Assembly: GCF_052425735.1 (NCBI RefSeq)
Contig: NC_135769.1
Coordinates: 26,226,001-26,290,000, forward strand
Direction: 5' to 3'
DNA length: 64,000 bases
Origin: Oculina patagonica
Taxonomy: Eukaryota
Positions 10,728 to 22,398 of this stretch are shown one piece after another. A program made the translations under genes and the position numbers. The notes below the pieces were generated by a model. The model had not been told where the DNA came from. It did no database searches and saw only the letters and a program-made list of their open reading frames with translations. Positions within the stretch are counted from its first letter, which is position 1. Every line of letters begins with the position of its first letter.

Positions 10728-13700
10728 TTTCGAAAGATATCAGTGCACAAAACTTTTCTCCAACGCTACAAAATTCATCCTGGCCAATTTCAGCGCCGTA
10801 TACGCAGCCAGCCGCGAAGAAATTCTGCAAATGTCGAGTAAAGAAATCCAAATGTGGATTTCAAGTGATGAAATTAATGTTACCGCCGAAGAAGACGTGT
10901 TCAACATCATTCTAGCATGGATTGATCATGACAAACGTAAGCGAAAGAAATATTTCGCCGAGTTATTTCGTCAAGTTCGACTGGTTTATGTATCGCATGA
11001 CTTTCTATGCAGTATTAGTATAAATCTACTAGCGTTCTATCACGAATGCTGTTCTCTGATTGGCTACGCTACTCACTATCTATTCTGTTGTAGAAGGTGA
11101 GTAGCGAAACAGCGTGCGGTTGTCAACAGAATGGTCGCCGCTTTTTCGCTTTTAAATTGACCGTAGAGAAGGACTTGGATTATTTACTATTCCAGGCGAT
11201 GTTGGAGAAGATAAAGACTGTACCGAAATATGTAATGAAGATTTTACACGGTAAGAAAAGCAATTAATCATTTACGCTTTTAAAAGCGGGCGAATCTATA
11301 ATTTTATAACATTCAGAGAAGCGTTTCACCGAGACATTTTGTGGAAATAAAGTTTAAAATGTCTTTGCAAACTAACACAGTTTCATCGTCCCATCGAGGA
11401 GCAGTAAAAGAAAGGCTAAACAAATTCGACCTGCAAGTTTTTTTGTACATCAATAAGACTTAAATAAAACAACAAAATTGAAAGCGAATTCAAGGTTGCG
11501 GGCGACTCGTTCAACTTTTCATAAATTTCTTATCGTTCACGTTTCCTACATTTAAAACATCTTGACTTCCAAAGGGCCTTTGTAAGTCAGTCTATCTTTA
11601 AATTGTCATTTTACAATGAAAATCCGGCTTTTAGTTCAATTTCGAGCAAACGACGGTTTAAATAAATCGTGAATGAAATGCAAAGGCGCGCACAGAAGCT
11701 AAACAGTGCAATGTGGTTTCTTCCTTGCGAACAACTCGCTTAACTTTTTTTTAATCTTTTACGTTTTCGAATTTTAAAAAAACTTGACTTCCAAGGGCCC
11801 TTGTATGTCAGTACAGCTTTCAATCGTCATTTTACAATAAAAAACTTGGCTTTTCCTTCCGTTTCGGGCATATAACGGTTTCAATAAATCGTGAATGAAA
11901 TGCAAACGCGCACACAGAAGCCAATGCAATGTGGTGCAGTTGTCAATTATCCGCGTGTTGTGTGACTTATTTACATCATTATTCAATAAAAACGAGAGCC
12001 TGTCTTGTTGATAAGTTTTGAACGTCTAGTAGATTTATACTAAAACAATTAGATTATTCGCTCTCGATTTCTATGTGTGGACTATCACACGTTATAGTTC
12101 ACCACTAAATTTTCTCCGATTCTGATTGGTTTGAATTGAACACGTGACGCGATAGTGCCCGTCCGCCGGAGGGCACTATCAGCCCATAGTGCCCTCCCGT
12201 GAAAAATGCCCGGATCGATAGTGCCCGCCCGTGACTGTTTTTTGTAAACAAGCTGCCTGCAGACAAAAAAACCCAACCAAATTCACTGCTTTTAGTGGGT
12301 TTCTCGTCTGGTTTTGTTTCGTTTGTTAAATTTCGGTTTTCAATTGAGTTTTTTATCCTCAAAAGTAAAAATAATTCACGATGCTTGTTTTTGTATGTGC
12401 GCGCGGAAGAAAACTTAGTGGTGAACAATAAAGACAATAGAGCGTTTCTGTCTCGGAACTATCGGTCTGATAGTTGCCCCTTGGAAATTTGATGTTCTTA
12501 AAACTAGCATATTTGCCCTCGAAGCTTCGCTTCTCGGGCAAATATTTGTTTTAAGAACATCAAATTTCCGCGGGGCAACTATCAGCCGATAGTTCCTCGA
12601 CAGGAACACTCTATTGTTAAATTAGCATAACCACACTGACCTACTATTGGTAATCGCACAATCTGATTGGCTACACAGGTTCCTACTATCGATCCGTAGA
12701 CGGCTCTCGGAGCGCGCGCTTAATTTTCGCTTAATTTTATCAATCAAAACCTTCAATAAATCAATTCTAGCGATATTATGAGTTTAATAGATCGGTCAGT
12801 GGGTTATGCTAACACAATAAGACGGCTCGCTCTCGGTTTCTACCGGCCTTTGATAGTTGGCTCGGGGCTTTGCCCCTCGCCAACTATCAGCCGATAGAAA
12901 CCTCGAGCTTGCCGTCTAATTGTTAAATAGAAATCTCGAGCTCATAATCTAATTGTTAAATATCGCGACAAATGACTTTGTGAATGACGATGAGGATTGT
13001 TTGGCTCTTGTACGAGTGGCGGACGCGGCTATGAGTTTAATGATTGAGTCTAAAAACTACGGCAATCTCCCACTCACCCCTAGAAAATGCCTTTGGGTCC
13101 CCGTTATAGTAGCCTGTAGCCCATACAAGGGTCATCCTATTCACTGTTATTTTCCTCGTGAGGATCGGTGTGGCACTTTAGGCGAGATGCCATTTCATTT
13201 CGTGAATAGCCATCTTATCCCTTGTCATGGTAAAATCTACGGTTTGAGGCCTGGATCCTCTTTCGACCGATGCCAAATGGCGAGTTTCGATCCATACACT
13301 AAATATTGGATGCCATTGCAATGCAAAGAAGACAGAGTCTTGAAGCAAATATTTGTTGTGAATGAAAATGAAATGTGCGCTTTGGTATCTGAACCATGTG
13401 CGTACCACGCAGTGAGAGAATGGACAGCGGCGAGAGATCTGTTTGATATAATGGTAGAGTTCTGCGACAAGGAAAAACATGTTTCCTTTATCACGAAGTA
13501 CAAACCGGAATCAAACTCATGGGAAGAAATTTCATCTTTTGATCACATGAATTTAAGGGAAAATGTCTGCATTGTAGTCAAGGACAATTTTGTTTACTTT
13601 ATTGGCGGTGCAGTATATCGTCACAGTGGTTGGGGTTCAAGATACAGCTACCTGACCGATGTTGAGAAGTATGATCTTTGCAAAAACCGGTGGGATAAAG

Positions 13701-13819
13701 TAGCTGACATTCACATAGATGCAAGGAATCATATAACCGGTGCTGCGGCCCATGAAAAAATTTTCATTGCTGACGGCCTTTTCTGTGAAGTGTTTATTGA
13801 AACAACAAATTTTGAATGA
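10728..13819 (+). pseudogene. K2: KLHL pseudogene, truncated at both ends and split by an insertion at ~11015-12959
   Basis: BACK fragment in ORF 10642-11100 and Kelch fragment in ORF 12953-13819 join across the insertion as DFLCS|NIATND. Homology ends at ETTN (~13810). Confidence 0.9.
11015..12959. mobile_element. Nest of three Crypton-like non-autonomous elements (paired inverted repeats, no TSD)
   Basis: Outer: IR 11015-11032/12026-12043 and IR 12044-12073/12928-12957. Inner elements ~12092-12620 and ~12622-12927 have the same A..A'B..B' layout. All three end attgttaaa. The host sequence is restored without duplication. Confidence 0.7.
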
Positions 13820-14217
13820 CAAACGACTTTGAGAAAGGCTATCAGTAGAGCACAAATAACGTGCGAAGAAAGAACAAATGTCTCGCGGTTTTTTTTACTA
13901 TACTCCGGAAGACCAGTTCACCTGTTGTCCTTGTATTCGTTTAGATCGCGTGAGGACGAGAAACACGGCCCCAGTTCATTTCAGGATTTCAAAACATAAA
14001 AACGTTGGATAATAAATCTCTTATTAATGTACCGCTGCACAGTTTTACTCTTTAGCTTGCTTACGACACACCCTACAGGCTCGTCCGGTTACTGCAGAAG
14101 GATCTAATATCTATTTCCTCGCCATCTCAAGACTATAGAGTCGCTGCCTTTCCTTTGCTTAGAAACTTTATCGTTCACACCCTAAGTAGTACCAAACCAG
14201 CTGAGCAACCTGGCCAG

Positions 14218-14275
14218 TAGCCAACTAGAGCAGCCGGTTTTTTCGGCTCGAAAAACCGGCCGCTCTCGCAGGCCA
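14218..14275. mobile_element. Tiny hairpin MITE (TAGCC end) with imperfect 9-bp TSD
   Basis: gagcagccggttttt...aaaaaccggccgctc hairpin; flanks cctggccag / ccgggccag. Confidence 0.5.
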
Positions 14276-14678
14276 CCGGGCCAGTGTGACATAAGGAGAC
14301 TCCCTCAAGCCCTTTATCCACCATCTTGAAAATATGCATGTGTATGTGTCTATCGTCTAACAGTGATCCATGTTAAGTTGCATGGAAACAAAAACTGAGA
14401 GATTGTTCATCATGTGTCCCATCCCGGCCTCATCCCCAGCCAATGTACACCGCCTACCCCACCCTTCTCAAAACAAGGAAAAGGGGCCGGACTATCCCCC
14501 CATTTGCTTTTCAGGGTGGGAGGTGGAGAGATGGGGGAAAGATGAACGCGGCGAATTCAGGCCATATCATGGAAATCGCACCGCCCTTTCAGTCCCACAC
14601 GACCACAGGATTACTCAAGAAATTTTTATACGGCGAAGCTTCACCCACGAGTCCAAACACTAACCCTTACAGAGATAC

Positions 14679-14990
14679 TAGTTATGCAACGCTTTCGAGT
14701 GGTATACTACGGAATATCCTACGAGTCACTTGTATTTTCTCGGTATATACACTAGCCTTTAGGCGAGTGTGTATACGAAGATAATACAAGTGACAAGTGG
14801 GATATTCCATAGTATACCACGAGAAAGTGTTGTGTAACTATTTTCTACCATGCCCTAGAAAATACGCTTACTAAATTTCGACGAGAATAAGATCGCAGCG
14901 CACGATGGCAAGGTTAGGTTGAAAACTGTCGAATATACAACGGCTTTCCTTAACTCTGATTGGATGTATTTTTTATGGCATGGTATAAAT
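14679..14990. mobile_element. Crypton-like non-autonomous element with ~160-bp hairpin
   Basis: Palindrome tagttatgcaac...gttgtgtaacta (14679-14840), followed by IR taccatgcc...ggcatggta. Confidence 0.55.
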
Positions 14991-15264
14991 AGTGGTATCC
15001 CTCTCACAAACCTACCGTAAAAAGACTGCACGATCCATTTTTTAATGATTTTTAACTTGAAGTACCCCCTCAATGCATTGTTTTTTACACTTAAAATATC
15101 AACGCTTTTTCGTAGACTGAGAGCACATTTGGAAGCCGTAAGAGAGAAAGATATTTGCCGGAAGCAAAAACAAATTTCTCTGGTAGAGCCCAGTAAAAAT
15201 AAATATAATTTAAATCGTCCTTGGTTACTAGTTACCAGTAGATGACCGTAAGTGGCGGCCATCT

Positions 15265-15660
15265 TGAATAAATATAATCCTCCTCTCTTCATTCTATTTT
15301 CAGCAGCAAACCAGACAGATCGAACCCTCTGACCTTGCGTCGGAGCGGAAGTTGTGTATACATGACAAACATCAGGTGCTAGTTTATGGAAAGTGGCAGG
15401 TTGAATGGATAAAAACATTTCGGATACTTAGTTCATAGAGAAAGTACATTTAAAAATCACCTGATAGAAACATGCATATGGTCACGTTTTTCTATACATT
15501 ATATTTTGCACCAGAGAATCTGGGAAACCTAATCTTGTGGATGCTAGGCCTTGCGTTATGACTCATCAGTTCATCTTTTAAAAGGCTCAAATGAAAGAGC
15601 ATTCACCTAAATCAACCAGCCACAATAAACAGTTTATATATTTTTATTCCTAAATAAACC
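15265..15660 (-). repeat. Dispersed promoter-like repeat; inverted copy at ~30700-31080
   Basis: Near-identical conceptual translations in ORFs 14855-15418(-) and 30934-31161(+). Contains cggaagt (ETS-like) and adjacent aagatggccgcc (YY1-like). Confidence 0.75.
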
Positions 15661-16148
15661 TTCACTCAATCTAGACGTGATGATGAACTTGATGATCGTG
15701 TGACCGATGAAACCTCAAGAATTTGTCCGGAATTCAATGCGCCAAGGGCCACTCTTTCGAGCCAATTCATAGGACTGACGTCCAAGATGCTTCACACTAC
15801 AAATTTGATGAGTTATTTTCGCAGTTATTTGCATCATACGATATCTATTTTTACGGTACAGAATTTGAACGCTGCAAAATCGTCGCCACGTCATCACATT
15901 TTTGGAATCCGCGACCGAAACCCACAGTGCGAGATACGGGCTAAAAAAAGCCACTCCAACAGACGGCTGTGATAAACAGTTTAGCCCAAAACTTCCAAGT
16001 TTCAAGACTGCAAGCCATATATTGTTTTTTGCTAATATAGCAAAGGCAAGAAAGCGACTCAACAGGTAACATAAAGTGGCGACCCTCCGAATATGTCCTT
16101 AAGTAGCGACCACATACTCAGAAAGTACATAAATAACCAGTTCTGACT

Positions 16149-16497
16149 ATGACTCAGCAGTACGTCAGAAAATTTTCAGAACTAAATATAAATAATGTTA
16201 GCATAACGAGCCGCAGTATCACAAATGTCTGATTATTCAGACCATATAAATCCAAGTAAAGACCTGTTTTAATAAAGAATTTTTCCCAAAAGAACATTCG
16301 ATCATGCGGCAGTGGAAATTAAACAGAACGTTTCGCTTTTTCCTCACCCACACTCAAGGAAACGCATAGTTTCGCTTCCGAAAGAAAAATATCAATTGAA
16401 AGGAACAAAAATGCTCAATACTGCAACCAACCAACCAACAAAATAACTCGTCAGCAAACACTTCAAGATAATTTCTGACGCACATCATGAGTCAGCA
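16149..16497 (+). promoter_or_regulatory. Two CNC-Maf/ARE consensus sites upstream of K3
   Basis: ATGACTCAGCA at 16149-16159 and ATGAGTCAGCA at 16487-16497 match RTGASTCAGCA. The second is conserved upstream of K7 (45122-45132). Confidence 0.4.
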
Positions 16498-16622
16498 ATC
16501 GGAGTCATAATCAAAACAACTATATTGGTCCTCGTACATGGCAGCCTCGATCATTTGAACCATTCGATAAAATTCTAAGTTGGTTCATCCGTTTGTCTGT
16601 TTTCGGCAAAACCGCTCAGATG

Positions 16623-17044
16623 CCCGGGGGGATACTCCCTATAATGGCCTATACGGGGAGGCTCCGCCCGAAAGGGGGTACCTTTTTAAGGCTTCAGGTA
16701 TATAAAAGGGTAGGGATTTCACGAGTTTAGGTATATGAAAGGGTATGGAAATCTGTCACTTAGGTATTTAAAAGGGCCTTTAATTAAAATATTTCGAACA
16801 GACGCAATTTATGGCTGTATTATTTTAATTTATTAAGCGCTACATGAAAATGACAAGAAAACGTTCTGTTTTAAGTCCACGCCACGTCTTTAAGGTATAT
16901 GAAAGGGGTATCTTTTTTCAGTTAAAAGTATACGAAAGGGGTACTATTTCTGTCATAAATGGTATATAAAAGGGTAAGGGGTTAGAACTCGGGGCGGAGC
17001 CTCCCCGTATAAAACTTTTTTGAGTACCCCCCCCCCCCCCCGGG
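16623..17044. mobile_element. MITE with CCCGGGGG termini and 8-bp TSD
   Basis: TSD CTCAGATG at 16615-16622 and 17045-17052; empty paralogous site at ~45260; subterminal IR tatacggggaggctccgccc. Confidence 0.9.
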
Positions 17045-17556
17045 CTCAGATGCTGTAAAATAGTGAACAACTCATTACCTATCGAGTAAAGATTGGAATT
17101 TCTTTCAGGTCATGGATTTAATTTACGCTGTTTCGTGCCTTAAATTTAAGAAATTTTCAAGGTTCAGTTACCCAGAGGTAATCAATCAACTGGGATTTCA
17201 TGGTTCATTTCTCCAACTTCCTACTCGCGGTTTATTCATGTGATTTCCGTTTACGCCACTGTTTGGTAGCAACAACATCATCAGAAAACTGAGGACTTAA
17301 AAGAAATCATTTAGCATCACGTTTTTTTCATAAAGATGGGAACCCTCTTTAAAGACACCTTTTCATGATTGTGAGCATCTTTCAACGAGTAAAGAATTTT
17401 CAGTTAAGTCCTCTTGCTTAAAGATGCGACGTTATTTTGGTAGTCGAAGAATATTATGTGTTCGTGTTTTTTCCGCTCTCGCCTCTGTGTGGTAGAAACG
17501 CCATGAACGTTGTCATCACAAGACTTTGAGAACTAAACAAAGATCATTTTGGCATT

Positions 17557-19494
17557 ATGATCGCGAGCTTGCTTAAACCTGCAAACACTGCCGAGCATAC
17601 TACTCCAAGTAAAGACGTTTCCAGTGAAGTCTTTATGCCGAAAGACACAATCGATCAGCCATTCGACGTTGTTTTGGTTGTCGAAGATGGAAACGAATTC
17701 AGAGCTCACAGACAAGTTCTTTCAGAGGCAAGTCCTTTCTTTGAAAAGCTGCTGAACAGCGACATGAAAGAGTCTCGAGAGGGAATTGTTCGGCTTGAAA
17801 TGTTTTCTGAGTCTGTTATGGGTAATACACTGGAGTTTATCTACACCAGTAATGTTCAGATATTGACTGAAGACAATGCCCGAGACTTGATCGTTATTGC
17901 CGATTTTTTATTCCTTGAAAACTTAAAAACTCTTGCTGAGGGAGTTCTACTACAAAAATTGAACGCTTCAAATTGCATTTCTATTTTCTACTTTTCCGAA
18001 AGATATCAATCCCATGAACTTGTTTATAAGGCCAAAAAAATCATCCTTGCAAATTTCACTACTTTGTTCGCAGGCGACAGGAAAGAGGGTTTGAATATGT
18101 CGAGCAAACAAGTCCAAATGTGGATTTCAAGTGATGAAATAAATGTTGCCGCCGAAGAAGATGTGTTCACGATCATCCTAACATGGATTGATCATGACAA
18201 TAGCAAGCGAAAGAAATATTTCGCCGAGTTATTTCGTGAAGTTCGACTGGTTTATGTATCGCTTGACTTTCTATGCAGTAATATCGCGACAAATGACCTT
18301 GTGAATGACAATGAAGACTGTTTGGCTCTTGTGGAGAAAGCTATGAGGTTGATTGAGTCTGGCAACTACCACAATCTCCCGGTCGCACCTAGAAAGTGGC
18401 TTGATGTCCCAGTTATCGTAGCCTGTAGTCAATTGAAGGGTCGTCCTATTCAGTGTTATTTTCTTCGAGAGGATCGGTGGTACGATTTAGGTAAGATGCC
18501 ATCTGATTTCTTCCATAGCTATCTTGCCCCTTGTCATGGTAAGATCTACGCTTTACAGACTGCCTCTCCTAACCGAGAATGCCGAATGGTAAGTTTCAGT
18601 CCATATACTAACAATTGGACGTTATTACCATGCATAGAAGACAGAGACGTAAAGCAAATATTTGTTGCAAATGAAAATGAAATGTATGCTTTAGTAACTG
18701 AACCATATAAGTACCATGGAATGCGATCGAGCATGCGCCGCCCTCTCGACAAAGAGATAGAATTCTGTGGCAAGGAGAAACATATTTCATTTATCACGAA
18801 GTACAAACCGGAATCAAACTCATGGGAAGACATTTCTTCTTTTGATCACATGAATTTAAGGGAAAATGTTTGCATTGTAGCCAATGACAGTTCTATCTAC
18901 TTTATTGGTGGCGAAGAAAAGAGTGGCACAGATTTCAAATTCCTCACTGATGTTGAGAGGTATGATCTTCGAAAAAACCAATGGGACAAAGTAGCTGACA
19001 TTCAAATTGCAAGGAGCTGGGCTACTGGTGCTGCGGCGAACGGAAAAATTGTCATTGCTGGTGGAGTTTATGACATGGGAAGGAGCGCAACAGGGTTGCG
19101 ATGTGAAGTGTTTAATGAAACAACAAATGAGTGGCACTTTATTAGTAATTTTGGTATACATCCTCAGTTTACACCCAAACTCCTGTCCGTTGATGACAGG
19201 CTGTTTGTTGTGGCCACAGAACCTCAGGAGTCAGTTTTATACCAAAGAAAGGTCGAATGCTATGATCCTGACAACGATGAATGGCACCAAAACACTTGCA
19301 TACCACTGACCAAAGTGGATCAAGTAATTACTTTTTGTTCAATGAGAATTTTCAAAGGATTCCTCGACACGCGGGAAACGGCATCTCTTTCCGTCCATTC
19401 TTCGTGCAATTTGTCTTCGTCGCGCTTACACGCAAAGAATAGAAAACAAGCCTCTATGAACGAGAGAAGGCAACGCAAATGCTTCATTCTGTGA
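17557..19494 (+). CDS. K3: intact intronless BTB-BACK-Kelch protein (645 aa) ending in polybasic CaaL (RRQRKCFIL)
   Basis: Uninterrupted ORF with all domains and one linker unit. Confidence 0.95.
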   Translation: MIASLLKPANTAEHTTPSKDVSSEVFMPKDTIDQPFDVVLVVEDGNEFRAHRQVLSEASPFFEKLLNSDMKESREGIVRLEMFSESVMGNTLEFIYTSNVQILTEDNARDLIVIADFLFLENLKTLAEGVLLQKLNASNCISIFYFSERYQSHELVYKAKKIILANFTTLFAGDRKEGLNMSSKQVQMWISSDEINVAAEEDVFTIILTWIDHDNSKRKKYFAELFREVRLVYVSLDFLCSNIATNDLVNDNEDCLALVEKAMRLIESGNYHNLPVAPRKWLDVPVIVACSQLKGRPIQCYFLREDRWYDLGKMPSDFFHSYLAPCHGKIYALQTASPNRECRMVSFSPYTNNWTLLPCIEDRDVKQIFVANENEMYALVTEPYKYHGMRSSMRRPLDKEIEFCGKEKHISFITKYKPESNSWEDISSFDHMNLRENVCIVANDSSIYFIGGEEKSGTDFKFLTDVERYDLRKNQWDKVADIQIARSWATGAAANGKIVIAGGVYDMGRSATGLRCEVFNETTNEWHFISNFGIHPQFTPKLLSVDDRLFVVATEPQESVLYQRKVECYDPDNDEWHQNTCIPLTKVDQVITFCSMRIFKGFLDTRETASLSVHSSCNLSSSRLHAKNRKQASMNERRQRKCFIL

Positions 19495-20226
19495 CCAAGC
19501 AGGTGGCCTCGAACAGGAATCCGTACCTGTATTTCTTGTTAACTCGCCTCGCAACTAACGCAATCGAATTTAAGACATGAACAATCAGCGAACACTTTTA
19601 AGTGACCTGCGTCCTATTCAGATGCTGCCCAGTGTGTTACGGACTAGCCTGGCCGCCACTTGTGTGAGGCGCCGTTGTTGCCTATAGCTTGCTTAGTGCT
19701 TTGCAGGTACTGTCGGAAATTCTGAAAATGTTTGCAGACGATACTAGCTACACTCTTCAGTCTTTTCTTTAATTTTCTTTAACAAACTTGACTGAAACCT
19801 GAAGCTGGGTAAGACAAATCTCCGCACCCGGAGTATAGACTGTGTTTCAAGAGTGTAAACAAGAAGCTTGAGAAGCTTAATAATTAATATCTGCTTTGAC
19901 TTGAAAGGCAGGATACAGTACAGAAAAAATCACTGGAAAAACAGTCACTTAGGTAGCACTCAGTCGGAGGTTTGCGTAAGTCACAGTCTGCATGAGTATT
20001 AGTGTGTAGAACATAATATCTGGATTGTTTTCAAGATTGCATTATTACTTAATGACATAATGGTCTCAATTTATAAATATATTTCGCACAATACAAATAA
20101 ACGATTGAACTAGACGACTAGAAAATATAAATTTTTAACAGCTGTCAAATGAAAAGGTAAACGCACGTGAGCACATTCCTTTGCTCAAAACGTTTTCTAC
20201 AATTTTGAAACGAACGGACCCGTGAC

Positions 20227-21981
20227 TAGGCTCTTACCGAAAAAGCTCGTGAAAAAAAAGCATTAAATGCTAAAAGAAGTGCAGGTTTTTTGCCAAAAAG
20301 TGCTCAAATAATGCTATTTTTTTAAAAAAAAACTGCTCGTGGGTAACATAAAAATGCTCCCTTTTTTCCGATTTTTTAAACATTGAATATTAAATTTTTC
20401 AGATTTTCAGTTACATTTTTCAACAATAAAATGTAACCACAGGGAGACCACAACAGTAAAAAAAATTAAATAAATAAATAAAAGAATATTATTCACGTGG
20501 TTTCGTTCGTTTTCTGTGTTGTTTTTCTTTATGCGTAGTCGATAGACACGACAGCACTGTTGTCGTATGCTGAGCTGTCTTGTGCGCGAGCGGATTTCAG
20601 ATATGCAAATTTCCTCTTTTCTTAATAATAATTGACAAGGGTGGCAACTCTTTCACCAAACGATTTGAACACGCTTTACAAAATCACTTTGAACTCTTTC
20701 CTTTCTCGCCTTTTAGCGACAAAAATCGACACAAAAGAATGCTGGATAAATTTTGAATACGCTCACCTGTCTGTTTCCTGAAAAGAAGCGTTTTCCAGAG
20801 AGAATTTGAGCTCCCTTTTAGATGTTTTCCTCGGGTTTTTTTTTCGTTATAGCTGCGGCCAGTTACCTTGGCACATTCGTCAGCGATTTACGTGCCATCT
20901 AGTGCGAATCAACTACGCTCCCTCCCTCGCAGAGATTTTTTGCGCGAACCATTCGAGGCTAATAACTTAAGAACTACACGGTCAAAGCTTTTATTTTTTA
21001 TATATTTATTTTACCAATGGACAAAACAAACGATTAAATAGATTGTTTGTTCGATCGTGTAAAATTTTGAACCGAGCGGGAAAAGTAAGTGTTCGCGCAA
21101 AAAATCTCTGCGAGGGAGGGAGCGTAGTTGATTCGCACTTGATGGCGCGTAAATCGCTGACGAATGTGCCAAGGTAACTGGCCGCAGCTATGACGAAAAA
21201 AAAACACCGAGGAAAACATCTAAAAGGGAGCTCAAATTCTCTCTGGAAAACGCTTCTTTTTAGGAAACAGACAGGTGAGCGTATTCAAAATTTATCCAGC
21301 ATTCTTTGGTGTCGATTTTGGTCGCAAAAAGGCGAGAAAGAAAAGAGTTCAAAGCGATTTCGTAAAGCGTGTTCAAATCGTTTGGTGAAAGAGTTGCCAC
21401 CCTTGTCAATTATTATTAAGAAAAGAGAAAATTTGCATATCTGAAATCCGCTCGCGCACAAGACAGCTCAGCATACGACAACAGTGCTGTCGTGTCTATC
21501 GACTACGCATAAAGAAAAACAACGCAGAAAACGAACGAAACCACGTGAATAATATTCTTTTATTTATTTATTTATTTTTACTGTTGTGGTCTCCCTGTGA
21601 TGTAACGATCAATGTTTGATGTCAGAGTACGCTCTCGAGCTACCTCTGCCTTGGCTGGCTGTCTTCCATTGTTCCTCGATGACAACGTGGATGACGTCAT
21701 CTTGGAACGAGTGTGATGGACTGGGTTTCTAGAAGGCAACCACTGACGTATCAAACCTATTCCCCAGGCCTCCACGGCTCCTTTGACTAAAATGAGGGCT
21801 AATGCATCTTTGGACGTCATAAATAAAGTCAGATTGTGCTTTTTAACACAAAATTAGACAAATAGTCAGTCGAAAATCCAAAATAATGCTAGCAGTGCTT
21901 TTTGGGATAAAATGTAAAAAAAATATGCTCGCAAAGCCAAATAATGCCAAAAAAAGTGCTAGCACTTTCGGTTAGAGCCTA
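20227..21981. mobile_element. hAT-like non-autonomous element, 8-bp TSD
   Basis: TIR taggctcttaccgaaa / tttcggttagagccta; TSD CCCGTGAC at 20219-20226 and 21982-21989. Confidence 0.85.
20438..21599. mobile_element. Foldback element with ~510-bp TIRs and 7-bp TSD (P/Galileo-like)
   Basis: Arms 20438-20949 and 21091-21599 are near-perfect reverse complements; CACAGGG...CCCTGTG termini; TSD ATGTAAC at 20431-20437 and 21600-21606. Confidence 0.85.
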
Positions 21982-22398
21982 CCCGTGACTCGGTACCGAT
22001 CGGCTACTTCCTTAAACAGCCCTCGAAAATAACCCGATGCAGGATCCCCTCCTTCAGCTATAATGCAATCGACTATGCTGCCTCGTAGGCTGTCGTCTAT
22101 ATTTTTTCCACGGATAAAAGACCTTCCCTTGCTATTAACGGATAAGCCCGCCATCTCTCCTGCCTCAGGAATGTAAGGGAATGTGATCACGTGTGCATCC
22201 CAATGTGGCGTTAGTTGTAAATCACGTGGGCTTACTGAACTCAAAGACCTGTCTCGACAACGGCAACTGTTTCGCGCGTCTCCGAAAAAACAGTCTACCT
22301 AATTCGGTAACCAAAACTGAAAACCACACACAAAAAATTCAAATTTCCAAACCCTAACCTTGACCTATTGACAAATAGAGATTTTTTATCATTTTTTT

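Larger units (their letters stand above)
20180..22154 (-). pseudogene. Decayed N-terminal fragment of a Tc1/mariner-like (paired-type HTH) transposase, interrupted by the 20227-21981 element
   Basis: MAGLSVNSKGRSFIRGKNIDDSLRGSIVDCIIAEGGD...VADRYRVTG continues as PFVSKL beyond the TSD. Family assigned from remembered resemblance only. Confidence 0.45.

Noticed and set aside
10682-14275. Pack-type transposon capturing the K2 fragment (tagcctgcgag ... ctcgcaggcca)
   Set aside because: The outer flanks are not a TSD, and the right end belongs to a separate tiny MITE (14218-14275) with its own duplication.
17557-19494. Naming as KEAP1 or a specific KLHL orthologue
   Set aside because: Domain architecture only; the genes look like a lineage-specific expansion and orthology cannot be determined by eye.
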